This document shows, in pieces, positions 29,787 through 42,911 of a DNA stretch of 64,000 nt (its first letter is position 1; each line of letters begins with the position of its first letter). Below the pieces are notes generated by a model. The model ran no database searches, was not told the origin of the DNA, and worked only from the letters and a program-made list of their open reading frames with translations. The stretch lies in assembly GCF_009914755.1 (NCBI RefSeq), contig NC_060930.1. The stretch is one strand, 5' to 3'. This DNA comes from the human T2T-CHM13v2.0 reference genome, Homo sapiens. The position numbers and the translations under genes were made by a program.

Positions 29787-30864
29787 GGCTTCCTGTTGAG
29801 AGGTCTCAAAAGCTACACTGCAGTCTTGCAGAGTGAGCGGGAGGTATAAAGATAGTATAGTCAAATCATCAAGACTGTTTGCTGGGAGAGAAAGGTGAGA
29901 TAGAGCAATAGCTAGAAGAAGTGGAGTAAAAGAATTTTTTAAATCGTTTTGTTGTTTTAATATAGGAAATATTTTAGTAGATTTAAATGCTTTTAGGAAG
30001 AAAGCCCCAATAAGAAAGAAGCTAAAGAAAGAGTCAAAAGTGATGAAAATAGATGAAGTTCCTAAGGAAGCAGGAGGGGAAGGAGCTCAGAACCCAGATC
30101 ATGGATTGGCTTTAGTTACAAACTCAAGATTAACCAGTGTATAGATGGAAATAGAGATGATATCCAGAGCTGAGAAAGGAAGGCAGAAACAGAGGCATCA
30201 GCATTTACATCTGATAAAGATACTCAAATGCTGCCACTAATTCTGCCATTAATGCAAAGAAATACATTAATGAAGAAGGTAAGTCTTGACACTACTATTC
30301 AACATACTGGCCTGGATCAAAGTCTCACGGGGACTTATCCTGCTTTAATGTATCAATTAAGAAACATTATCACCATGGCAGTACGTGATATTTTTGTTGC
30401 TATTGCCTTTCTTCTCAACACATTCTATTCATAAAAGCAACGTCAATCTTTTCCCAATAATTTTACTTGCAACTAACTACATTGCTTGTCAATTTTGAAA
30501 TGCAGTTTTTCTTTTAATGGAGCAGACTCTTTTTTCTGTGCCCTAAACTTAACTTGAACACAATTCCCTACTTGTTTGGAGGCAGCAAATTACAGTGGAG
30601 ACTGGGTACACAGGTATATCAAATGTCAGCTTTTAAATGACCAGTTTCAATGTAAAGGTTATCACTTCCCTTAATGGAGTAACTAGGGCTTCTGATGATA
30701 GGCCAATCCCCAAACTCCTTTGCTCTGCTCCAGTAAATATCAACTCTGATGGTGACATTTCTCTTCTGATACTCCATATGCAGTCACAGGAAATACTCAT
30801 TGATGTTACTACTTAGGAATCATCAAAGAAATAATACCTCACTGCTTATCATTCTTCTCGGTGA

Positions 30865-30990
30865 GAGAATCTCTTTCTCTTTCTTCCCTCCCTCCATCCC
30901 TCTTCCTCTCTCCTTTCCTCTCCTTATTTCTCTCCTCTGCTGTGTCCCTTTGTCTTTTTTCTTGTTTTTTGACCCTCTCTTTCCCTTTCT
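30865..30990 (+). repeat. Polypyrimidine low-complexity tract
   Basis: Almost all C/T over ~125 bp. Confidence 0.8.
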
Positions 30991-31586
30991 ATGATACTAT
31001 GAAGGTTCAATGCAGTTTAGCAAACCCAATGTTTATTATCACTATTTTGAACTGCTTCCTAGATCATCTGAGATGATGAAAATTAAATTTTAAAAAAAAC
31101 TAAAATTAAATTAAACTTAAATTTAAAAAACTAAAAATGAATAGAAAGAAGAGTAATTATTTGGGTAATTATGTAATTATTTACTTACCTACTTTTCTTC
31201 GTATTCATGTTTTTAAATAGCAGTAATAAAGTATTCATAAAAACTGGTCTCTTTACCTCAAGCAGTGAAAACTTAACATATCTTTGTGTTTGGCTGTGGT
31301 TTTCTTTCCCTCTTTAATTTAAAACTCATCCTTCGAAATCTGACCACCAGGCCAAGGAATGCCTGCAGCCCAGGATTCCTCCTAAGCCGTGTCCCATCTG
31401 TGCGGGACCCCACTGGAAATCGGACTGTTCGACTCACCTGGCAGCCACTCCCAGAGCTCCTGGAACTCTGGCCCAAGGCTCTCTGACTGACTCCTTCTGG
31501 GCTTAGCGTCTGAAAACTGACACTGCCCGATCGCCTCAGAAGCCCCGTAGACCACCACGGACACCGAGCTTTGGGTAACTCTCACA

Positions 31587-31859
31587 GTGGAAGGTAAGTC
31601 CATCCCCTTCTTAATCAATACGGAGGCTACCCACTCCACATTACCTTCTTTTCAAGGGCCTGTTTCCCTTGCCTCCATAACTGTTGTGGGTATTGACAGC
31701 CAGGCTTCTAAACCTCTTAAAACTCCCCAACTCTGGTGCCAACTTAGACAACACTCTTTTATGCACACTTTTTTAGTTATCTCCACCTGCCCAGTTCCCT
31801 TATTAGGCCGAGACATTTTAACCAAATTATCTGCTTACCTGACTATTCCTGGACTATAG
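31587..31859 (+). pseudogene. HERV-H protease relic
   Basis: 'FLINTEATHS' (catalytic DTG replaced by NTE) and 'PLLGRDILTKL'. Confidence 0.88.
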
Positions 31860-32055
31860 CCGCATCTCATTGATGCCCTTCTTCCCAATCCAAAGCCTCC
31901 TTTGCGTCCTCCTCTTGTATTCTCCCACCTTAACCCACAAGTATAAGATACCTCTACTCCCTCCTTGGCAACTGATCATGCACCCCTTACCATCTCATTA
32001 AAACCTAATTCACCCTTACCCCGCTGAATGCCAATATCCCATCCCACAGCATGCT

Positions 32056-32886
32056 TTGAAAGGATTAAAGCCTGTTACCACTCGCCTGCTACAGCATGGC
32101 CTTTTAAAGCCTATAAACTCTCCTTACAATTCCCCCATTTTACCTGTCTTAAAACCAGACAAGCCTTACAAGTTAGTTCAGGATCTATGCCTTATCAACC
32201 AAATTGTTTTGCCTATCCACCCCATGGTGCCAAACCCATATATTCTCCTATCCTCAATACCTCCCTCCACAATCCATTATTCTGTTCTGGATCTCAAACG
32301 TGCTTTCTTTACTATTCCTTTGCACCCGTCATCCCAGCCTCTCTTCGCTTTCACTTGCACTGACCCTGACACCCATCAGGCTCAGCAAATTACCTGGGCT
32401 GCACTGCCGCAAGCCTTCACAGACAACCCCCATTACTTCAGTCAAGCCCAAATTTCATCCTCATCTGTTACCTATCTCGACATAATTCTCGTAAAAACAC
32501 ACGTGCTCTCCCTGCTGATCGTGTCCAGCTGATCTCCCAAACCTCAATCCCTTACAAAACAACAACTCCTTTCCTTCCTAGGCATGGTTAGTGCGGTCAG
32601 AATTCTTACACAAGAGCCAGGACCGCACCCTGCAGCCTTTCTGTCCAAACAACTTGACCTTACTGTTTTAGCCTAGCCCTCATGTCTGCGTGCAGTGGGT
32701 GCCGCTGCTTTAATACTTTTAGAGGCCTTTCCTACAAGGTCTGAGAAGGCCACCGCAGTCATTTATTCCCTTCTGTCAGACATAATTCCTCAGTTTAGCC
32801 TTCCCACCTCTATACAGTCTGATAACAGACGAGCCTTTATTAGTCAAATCAGCCGAGCATTTTTTCAGGCTCTTAGTATTCAGTGA
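32056..32886 (+). pseudogene. HERV-H pol relics (RT N-terminal half; integrase fragment at ~32725-32886)
   Basis: 'NSPYNSPILPV', 'VLDLKRAFF' and 'WAALPQAF' present; YxDD region deleted. Integrase 'PTSIQSDN'. Confidence 0.88.
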
Positions 32887-34061
32887 CAGACTAATGGTCT
32901 ATTAAAAACACACCTCACCAAGCTCAGCCACCAACTTAAAAAGGACTGGACAATACTTTTACCATTTTCCCTTCTCAGAAGTCAGACCTGTCCTCAGAAT
33001 GCTACAAGGTACAGCCCATTTGAGCTCCTGTATAGACGCTCCTTTTTATTAGGCCCCAGTCTCATTCCAGACACCAGACCAACTTCGACTGTGCCCCCAA
33101 ATAACTTGTCATCCTTACTATCTTCTGTCTAGTCATACTCCTATTCACTGTTCTCAACTACTCATATATGCCCTGCTCTTGTTTACACTGCCGGTTTACA
33201 CTGTTTCTCCAAGCCATCACAACTGATATCTCCTCATGCTATCCTCAAACTGCCACTCTTAACTCTTGAAGTAAATAAATAATCTTTGCTGGCAGGACTA
33301 TGCTGAACCTCCGTAGGCATTCTCTAATTAGATGTCCTAGGTCCTCCCAATTCTTAGTCCTTTTATACCTGTTTTTCTCCTTCTCTTATTCCATTTAGTT
33401 TTTCAATTCATACAAACCATATCCAGGCCATCACCAATCATTCTATGCGACAAATGTTTCTTCTAACCACCCCACAATATCACCCCTTACCACAAGATCT
33501 TCCTTCAGCTTAATCTCTCCCACTCTAGGTTCCCACGCCGCCCCTAATCCCGCTTGAAGCAGCCCTGAGAAACATCGCCCATTCTCTCTCCATACCACCC
33601 CCAAAAATTTTCGCCGCCCCAACGCTTCAACACTATTTTGTTTTATTTTTCTTATTAATATAAGAAGGCAGGAATGTCAGGCCTCTGAGCCCAAGCCAAG
33701 CCATCGCATCCCCTGTGACTTGCACGTATACGCCCAGATGGCCTGAAGTAACTGAAGAATCACATAAAACTCATCCTTCAAAATATATACTACATCAGTA
33801 TGTCAAAGTTTGGGACAATTTTTGATGATCTCGCAGTGGATAATCCCCCAAATTAAGGAGAAAGTCAAGTTGGTCTTCATTCTCAGTCCTGAGGCAGACA
33901 ACTGTGACTATTCCCTGAAATGCAACTCATTCAGAGTCCCTCTCTTCTTTCTATAATTTCCTCAACTTTTAGAGGCAAAAAATGTTAAAGAATGTGTTGA
34001 AACTATAGACTTTCACCCATGAAAAATTCTCATGTACCTATATATACAATTTTATGCATAT

Positions 34062-34258
34062 ACATTCAGGTAGTTCTTTTCTTAGGTAATTATGTACTTT
34101 GTATAAGTAGAGCAGTCAGAAGTGTGAATAAATAATAAAGATCAATATTTTTTCAAGCTCTAAGAGTGACACATTGGACTCTGTTTATATTCACACTTCT
34201 GACTACCCCACTTACACAAATGGAAAAAACTGAAAAAAAACAAACTACCTGAAAGTGT
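34062..34258. repeat. Imperfect long hairpin / unclassified palindromic element
   Basis: Perfect 17-bp stem 34114-34130 with 34188-34204. Outer 11-bp stem 34065-34075 with 34243-34253. Confidence 0.8.
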
Positions 34259-34554
34259 CTCACAATGGTGAATATATGTATGTGTGTGCACATATACAAT
34301 ATTGTATATGTACATATATACATACAACATGATGTATGTGTATGAGGGTATATATATTTTTATATTGAATATATATACACATATGTAGTGCTAAAATGAG
34401 AATATAGTTAGGTTCAGAGAGTAAATAATGTTCATTATTGCCATAAAGTGACTCTATAATGATTAATAAAGATATAAAATCAAATGCATTTAAGAGGAAA
34501 GGCATTAATTGAATTAAGTACTATTATTATATTGGCATCTCCTTTATGCCTGTG

Positions 34555-34889
34555 CTATGTTACTGGTGTGGGAAATATATATGCACTTAAACTATTTTGC
34601 AACGTATACCCAAAATCACACTGCTGTTTTTGAAAAGCCCATAAAAAGCCTGAATTCTCCACACATATTCCATACATGAGAGCAGAAAAGAAGAATTTGC
34701 CAACTTGTAAATTTTCTATGCATGTACTTAATTTCTTCCCAAAGGTCCAATTCACTAGTTATTCAGACTCAACATTGGGAAATGGACATAAGGAAGTACA
34801 GTTGGAGCAAAACATGGCTACACTTTGGCCAGCAAAATCTTCCTCACCAGCAATATGGATACTACAGACAGCAAAATTATCAATCAGCA
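34555..34889 (-). other. Candidate minus-strand exon (non-coding or decayed coding)
   Basis: Strong acceptor tttcattttctttttccag| (AG at 34890-34891), then ~110 codons with a single internal TAA. Confidence 0.35.
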
Positions 34890-35827
34890 CTGGAAAAAGA
34901 AAATGAAATAACAACGTAATTTATCCAAATTATCTCATAAATGGAAAGCCAGAAATTTAAAGACTTCCCCCTTATTCTTTCCCTCATCTTCTCAGTTTTA
35001 TTATACAAAAAGCTAAGTAAATTTAATATTATATTTTAATTTCCTCTCAGACCATTGTCTTTGAAGCTCAGTAAATTTAATTAATATCAATTATCTATCC
35101 AAGACTGAATCTTATCCAAGAGAGGAAATAGCAATCCACAAGTGCTAGAACTCTGCTCATGTTTAAGTTGCACATTAAAGTAATTGCTGTGTTTCTAATA
35201 GCTATGGAAAAGCCCATTATCTTGATTATAGCTGTTGGTAAGTGAAAACAGATTTACATTTCACAACTGTGTTAAGAGTGAAGGGGTTAGCAATTTTAAC
35301 TACTAACATGAATTGACTATCTGCCAACTCTTTACTAAAAGTAGAATGACATAATTGTATCTTTAATTCCACACAAATAGAGCTAAAAAAATTACTGCAG
35401 CTTTTTAGCCATGTGCTGGCTATCTGCATGCATTCAGGGTATTTGTTTTGTACCACAATAAAGTTAGACAATTCTATATTTATGAATTGGCACGTTCATG
35501 TAGGCCTTGACTTTTTGTTGTTTTATTTTTTTTGGCAACAGGCGGTTAGGAGGTCCTCTTTGAGGAGGTGACATTTCATATAATATCTGAAAAGCATGCA
35601 GGTGATAGGAAAGATCAGGAGAAAATAATTCCAGAGAAAAAGAATAAGTTGAAAACAATTACTTTTAAAAATAGTAACAGCTACCAATTAAATGACATTT
35701 CTTTTATCTCTGACTTTCGAATACAGTTTTTTAATTGCGTATCTAGGGTGGAAGGTGAATACTTAATGCAGATGTAAGTAAGACATCCTTTTATTATTTC
35801 ACATAACAGTCTAAACAACCTATTTTT

Positions 35828-36230
35828 TTTTCTTCTAAAACAAAACAAAACAGGATACATGTGCAGAATGTGCAGGTTTGTTACATAGGTATACGTGTGC
35901 CATGGTGGTTTGCTGTACCTACTGACTCATCCTCTAGGTTCTCTCCCCTCACCCTCCACCCCCCAACAGGCCCTGGTGTGAATTGTTCCCCTCTCTGCGT
36001 CCATGAGTGCTCAATGTTCCAACTCCCATTTATGAGTGAGAACATATGGTGTTTGGTTTTCTGTTCCTGTGCTAGTTTGCTGAGGATGATGGCTTCCAGC
36101 TTCATCCATGTCCCTACAAAGATGTGAACTCATTCCTTTTTATGGCCGTCTAGTATTTCATGGTGTATATGTACCACTTTTTTTAATCCATATATGTACC
36201 ACATTTCTTTATGCAGTCTGTCATTGATAT
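35828..36230 (-). mobile_element. L1PA8A-like 3' end
   Basis: L1PA 3' UTR reverse complement. TSD acaacctatt(t/c)tt starting at 35815 and 36231. Confidence 0.88.
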
Positions 36231-36382
36231 ACAACCTATTCTTAAGAAAAACACTACCTACTAAACTCTGGGTTTGAGAATAGTAAAAATAGATTGTCAT
36301 ACTACATAATGATCTCTCTCTCTGCTTCTGAGTGGATTAACTTTTCTCAAGTTACCACACACAATGAAATAAAATATACATA

Positions 36383-37093
36383 CAAGTTGAGTGTCCCTTA
36401 TCCAAAATGTTCAAGATTCGAAGTATTTAAAATTCCAGGTTTATTCAACTTTCAGAATATTTGAAGATACATGTATTATTTCATTTTCACTCTGCTGATA
36501 AAGACATACCCGAGACTAGGCAATTTACAAAAGAAAGAGGTTTATAATGGACTTACAGTCCATGTGGCTGGGGAAGCCTCAACAATCATGGCGGAAAGCA
36601 AGGAAGAGCAAGTCCCATTTTACATGGATAGCAGCAGGCAAAAAGAGAATGAGGAAGACACAAAAGTGGAAACCTCTGATAAAACCATCATATCTCATGA
36701 GATTTATTCACTACCACAAGAACAGTATGGGGGAACCGCCCCCACAAGTCAATTACCTCTCACCATGTCCCTCCCACAACACGTGGGAATTATGGGAGCT
36801 ACAATTCAAGATGAGATTTGAAAACCATATCAATACATAAATGAGATATTTTGAGGGTGAAACCCAAGTTTAAACATGAAATTCATTTATATTTAATATA
36901 CACTTTATACACATAGCTAGGAGGTATTTTATACACTATTTTTAATAATTTAGTAAATGAAAAAGTTCGTGTGCAATGAAATGAGAAAGCAACGATGTCA
37001 GGTGTGGAAGTTTTCACTTGTGCTATCATGTCAGTACTCAAAAAGTTTGATTTTGGAGCATTTTGGATTTTTAGATTAGGAATGCTGAACCTG
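36383..37093. mobile_element. Tigger4/MER46 (Zombi) MITE split by THE1
   Basis: Termini 'caagttgagtgtccct' and 'aggaatgctgaacctg'. Internal 'aacatgaaattcatttat', 'tttggagcattttggattt'. Confidence 0.8.
36472..36832 (-). mobile_element. THE1 solo LTR
   Basis: 'tgtatt...ctgctgataaagacatacccgagact...aaaccatatca'. TSD ATACA at 36467-36471 and 36833-36837. Confidence 0.93.
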
Positions 37094-37894
37094 CAATAAA
37101 AGCTTAAATAATTGGAAATTAAATTTAAACAGGTTTAAATAAATTGGGGATGTTTTTGCATATGACAATTTAAGGCCAAAATTTCATCTTTGTTTTTATC
37201 CCTGCCATTTATAATTTATCTCTACTATCTGGAAAAGAGATACTACCTAAAGTATCCTATTCACATCTTTAAAATTTTTTTCCTCAAGTTGCTAAACAAT
37301 ATAACTTCCATTGAAAGTTAACATGAACTAGGTGCTTTCTAACAAAACAATAAATATATTCTGATCTGGTCTGAGTGCTCACAGTTTATATTATTGCCAA
37401 AAGACTGTTCTGACTAGCAGATATAATGTGGTACACACATTTTAGGTAAGAATGGAATCTAATGGAGCTGAAATTCAATTCTGTAAGTTATTCAGCCATC
37501 TGCTTTTGAGAAATTCATATAATGTAGAACATTTTGTCTATGAAATCCTTTGTTTAAAAGGGAGTTACATACCTATTAAAAAGCTGTGGCCAGCTCATAT
37601 AAAATCTGCCAAACTATGTTACATTAATTAAAATTATTCACATATTTATTTTTAATATTTGGAAGTCACTGTTTATCTGAGATTCTGACTGTTTTTATGG
37701 AGTAATTCAATTTGGAACATGTCCACCCTGGCCATATTTTGAGGGCAGGTTGAGGAAGTGAAACTTTATCAGGTTAGAGTTCAAACAACACTACTCAAAT
37801 ATATTTCGTGGGTTTATACAAAACTATTCACAACATGAAAAGTACTTTAAAAATTGAAATATTAAGTGAATATGAAAAGGAAGAAGAGAAAGAA

Positions 37895-38130
37895 AAAGTC
37901 ACAAAAACAGACAAAAATAGGCAAACAACATGAACAAGCAATTGACAAAAGAAGTAGATATGGCCCTTAAGTAAAGTAAAAGATGCCTGACTTCATAATA
38001 AGAAGCACAAATTAATCCTTCACTCAGATACCATTTCTCACCTCCTGTATCTGCAAAAATCCAAAGGCTGGACAAGACACTCTGTTGACAGAGTGAGAAT
38101 TCTCTGTGTATACTTTCCATATAGATTTAA
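37895..38130 (+). mobile_element. Old L1M fragment
   Basis: 'aaataggcaaacaacatgaacaagcaattgacaaaagaag...agataccatttctcacct'. Confidence 0.65.
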
Positions 38131-38156
38131 ATTTTGAATTACTTAAATGTAATACT

Positions 38157-38611
38157 GTATTAGTCAGGGTTCTCCAGTGAAACAGAACCAATAGGATGAG
38201 AGATGGATTGATGATAAATAGACAAATACAAAGAGGTTTATTATGAGAAATGGACTCATGCAATAAGGAAAGCTAAATTCCTCAATCTGCCATCTTCAAA
38301 CTGGAGACCCAGGAAATCCAGTGGGGTAATTCAGTATGAGTCCAAAGGCCTAAGAACTGGGAAGTCAATGGTGTATATCCCAATCTAAGGGCAGTAAAAG
38401 ATAAGATGTCTCAGGTCAAGCAGTGAGACTCTTTGTTCTTTTCAGGACTTTTGGATTGGATGATGCCCACCCACATTGGGGAAGACTATCAATTTTATTG
38501 AGTCCACCAATTCAAATGCTAATCTCATCCAAAAATACCCTTGCAACCAGAAATAATGTTTAATCTGGGCACCTGTGGCCCAGTCAAGTTGACACACAGA
38601 ATTAATCATCA
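38157..38611 (-). mobile_element. MLT2 (ERVL) solo LTR
   Basis: 'tgtattagtcagggttctccag...agtcaagttgacaca...aattaatcatcac'. Confidence 0.87.
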
Positions 38612-38635
38612 CGGCTATTCATTCAGAAAACATAA

Positions 38636-39077
<442 letters not shown>

Positions 39078-39634
39078 TATATTCATAATTCTGAAGAGAA
39101 ATTATTTCCAACCTTAGATTCTGTATTTAACAATTTATCAAAAGTAAAATATAGAATTTGTTGAGGATGTATGGATGTAAAATCTTTTGAGTATTATTCT
39201 AAATGCTTGAAGTATATTAGCATATAAAATAGACGAAAATTATTGTCCCTTGTGGAACTTTCACTCTAGTAGTGAAGGCATACAATAATTACAATATGTA
39301 ATAAATAAGCAATTTATGGTTAAAAATGGGTGCTAGGGGTAGGGTACCAGGAGAGGTATCATTCCAGAAAACAACAACAAAAAAACAACTAATAGAGTAC
39401 CTGATGTGTTTTGTAATATTGAAAAGAGTTTTACACTTCTTTCAGAGAATTTGAAAAATAATTAGTGTTGAGTTCATTGAAAACTAAGCAAACAAGCAAG
39501 CATTTTTAATTTCATAGAAAATTAAAAAGTTTAATTCCCTTGGAAAAATATTTTCTTAAACATATTTACAGAGTCAAGATAATACATTGAGTGAATGTTG
39601 ATTTTTTGAGACATAAAATGATGTATTATTATAT

Positions 39635-41050
39635 ATCATAATTCTATAGGTCAGGAATTCAAATATGGCACAGTGGGAAGATTCATCTCTTCTCTATGAC
39701 ATCTGAAACCTCAGCTGAGGTGACTAAGTTGCTGGGGGCCGAAAGAGTTGGGAGGTGACTAGGCATCTCTGTTTCTTTTTTCACGTGGTTTCTCCACATG
39801 ACTAGCTTAAGTTTTCTCACAGCATGGACCCTCAGGGTAGTCAGACTTCTTAAATGGTGGCTCAGGGTTCAAGAAGCAGTGATTCTAGAGAACACCAATA
39901 TTAGAAATTTGCATCACCCACAAGGCAATGCTCTGAGGACACAACATCACCTTCATTATATTCCTGCTGAAAATGCACAATTGGAATCCAATGTTGAGAA
40001 AACAGACAAGCCCAAACCAAGGAACATTTTATGAAACAACTGGCCCATATAACTCAAAAATATCAATGTCATGAAAGACAAGGAAAGATGAGAAACGATT
40101 TCAGATCAAAGGAGACAATTAGTTTGCTAGGACTATGATAACAAACTACCACTGAGTAAATATTGATTTTACCATAAAATGTGAGATAAATATATCATAA
40201 GGAAGATCTGGGAAAAAATGTGGGTGTTTAGGAATGAACTTAGCGGAATCCTTATCTTACATAACAAAGTCGACATATAAATCTCTAATTGGGAAAATCA
40301 ATAAGTGGTAGTATAGCATATTGTTCTCAAACATGAAGACAAAATCCAGAAAAATTAATAGCTAAATAAGTTGAAGGCGGTCACTTCTAGTGAAAAGAAT
40401 ATTGGGTGAGAAAGAATGATTGGCAAGTATTGTTTTGTGTTAAAACCTGTGGTACTAGTTGACTTTTAAGCTATGTACACATATTACTACGTATATTCCA
40501 TTAAATGGCATCATAATGTGTTAAGCAAAGTCCAAAGTCCCCATAGACATTTCATTTAGCTTTGTGCATTTCTTCAAGTACTTCCTGAAGATAAATTCCT
40601 AGATTTTGAATTATGATATCATGGGAAAACATATTTAAGATTTTTTATACCTATTGCCAAAATGTCTTCCAGAATGTTTATTACAACATCCTCCATCAAA
40701 GTCACTGTATGAAAATGCTCACTTCCCCAGGGTTTCTACAAAACTCTTTAAATCTTTACCAGTGTTACATTAAAACAAAGCCAAAAAAAATTACTTTCTA
40801 AATTATATTTCACTAAGTATCAGTCTGGTAACCTTTCATATGTATGTTTCATTGTATGTATTTTTCTTATAAATGTCTATGTCATTTGCCCATTTATCTA
40901 TTGAGCTATCTGTCTTTTTCTTATTAATTTGTAAGCACTCTCTGTACATTGACATAATCCTGTGTAGGTCACATAATTTCAAACTATGAAAACTTTTAGT
41001 TTGTCTTTTGTCATTTTAACTTTGTCTATGACATTTTTTCATACAGCTTT
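39635..41050. mobile_element. Cluster of old fragments (MLT1 ~39635-39880; L1MC/ME ~39920-40120 and ~40490-41050)
   Basis: 'ggtcaggaattc...ctcagggtagtcagacttctt...tggctcagggttc'; 'tcatttgcccatttatctattg...tttttcttattaatttgtaag'. Confidence 0.55.
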
Positions 41051-41268
41051 ATGTTTATATTTCATGTTTAAGGCATTTTACTATATAGTTTATCTTTGCT
41101 TGGCACTATTCTCTTTTTATGATTCATGTCTTGAATGGGATTGTGTCTGTGTTGTTATAAATATTTTATATTCAGAACAAGAGCTTGAATCTAGTCTATT
41201 GTGAAGGATGAAAGAGAAGTATTTTATCAGGCAAGCCACTTATCAGATTTATGTTTTCTAAAAATCAA

Positions 41269-41805
41269 TGTGGTTGTTTTGTTTAAAGCACCACAGATTC
41301 TTTCACATTTCTCCTACTAATGGGTGGGATCTATGTTCCTTCCTCTTGAATCTGGGCAGGCTTGTAACTGCTTCAACCAATATGGATTGACAGAAGTGAT
41401 ACTATTTCACTTTCAAAGCCCAAGGTCATATATCTTCTACCTGGTTCTCTTTGGAGGCTCACTCTGGAATAAGCCAAATTCCACTTAAGGATTCCAATTA
41501 CACCATTCTGGAGAAGTCTGTAGGTACATCTGTCAGCAGTTCAAACCTTCTAGTCATCTCTGCCAAGACACCAGACAGGTGAGTTAAGGAGCTTCTAGAG
41601 GATTTCAGTCTCCAGCCATTTGTCACCCCCAGCTGTTTAAATATCCCCAAATGAAACCTCACACACTGAGGAGTAGAGACAAGCCATCCCTACTATACCC
41701 CATCCCAGTTTCTGACTCCTAGAATCCATGAATATAATAAAATGATTGCTGTTTATGCTATTCACTTTGAGTGGTTTGTTCACAGCCATATCACTCTAGC
41801 AACAA
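41269..41805 (+). mobile_element. MLT1 (G/H-like) solo LTR
   Basis: 'tcctcttgaatctgggcaggcttgtaactgcttcaaccaat...agaatccatgaatataataaaatgattgctg'. Confidence 0.8.
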
Positions 41806-42628
41806 CACTGGCAATGAATTAGAAAAGGGAATGAAAAAGGAAGTCCAATTAGGAGGCACTTACAAGTGTCCAGAAGAGACACAGAGAAACCTGAAACAAG
41901 GTTGGAAGGAAAATGGGAAGAAATTGAGAGTTCAGAAGCTGAATTTGCAATATACACATATCGCAAAAATAGATTAGTATCAAAATATAACCTTGTAGAC
42001 TGCTATATCAGAAAACTAAGCCACTTATCAGCCTAAGCCACTATCAAACATGAGTCCATAACTAATTTATAGAAAAATGAAGTAATTTTCTTCCCAAGTG
42101 TCACACTTTTTACAAATCATGCATTCTTCCACTACAACTTTAAAGCTTTTTCTTTTGTAACCAGAGGGTCACAGATAAGTCAGGGCTCACTGAGGGAGCT
42201 CAGGAGATAATAAAATCAAAGGAAACCTGGCTTGAATATGTGACAATGGCACACATTTTAGTCACAGAAATAACACATAAGCAGTCTTTTAATAAAGGAG
42301 CTAAAGGATTATTTTTCACCCTCTGAAAAGCAAATTATCTTAATTGGCTAAGATCAGAAGATATCAACAGGGTTCCAAAAGCAATATAATATTGGGCCTT
42401 TAAACTAGTCCAAATTGTCTTAGAAGTAAAAGAGACAGATGGAGTCCATCAGCTCTATTTGAAAACCAACAATAGCAAGGCCAGTTGTGTTACAGCAGGT
42501 GAAACTGTTTAATCATTACTTCCTAATTGGGATCCTTTGCTTTCTCTGGCTTGTTGGGAAGCAGACTAACAGGTGATTTTAACTGTTTGTCCTGACTCAA
42601 TACTTTTGCTCTAGACTTTGTAACTTAC

Positions 42629-42693
42629 CTGGGAGTTTCAAAGCCAAAGTGCCTATATGAGCAATCCATGTATTAAAGTACCCCAATTCTACA
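42629..42693 (-). other. Candidate 65-nt internal exon
   Basis: ctcttacag| acceptor with upstream tctaac, and perfect CAG|GTAAGT donor (42631-42623). Confidence 0.3.
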
Positions 42694-42911
42694 CTGTAAG
42701 AGTTTACCCAGGGGCTAGTAGAGTTAGACAAATTAGAAGAGGTTTATCATGGTGAGGAAAAAGTGCATTTAGTTCACCGATATTATCTAGATGATGCCGA
42801 TTTGTACACTTCCAAGAAATCTCAAAAGGCAACATTACCTTGATAAAGTCTAGTCTAGTCCTAAGTCTCACATGTAAGTAGACACAGAGATTATCAGAAT
42901 TTCCAGGTTTG

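Larger units (their letters stand above)
31335..33764 (+). mobile_element. HERV-H fragment: gag end, pro, deleted pol, 3' internal, first ~90 nt of LTR7
   Basis: Zinc knuckle CPICAGPHWKSDC (~31390-31428). PPT 'aagaaggcaggaa', then LTR7 'tgtcaggcctctgagcccaagc' at 33675. Flanked by direct repeat taaaactcatccttc at 31320-31334 and 33765-33779. Confidence 0.93.

Noticed and set aside
31587-32886. Possible functional retroviral protease/RT system
   Set aside because: Catalytic Asp lost (NTE), YxDD deleted, stops and frameshifts present.
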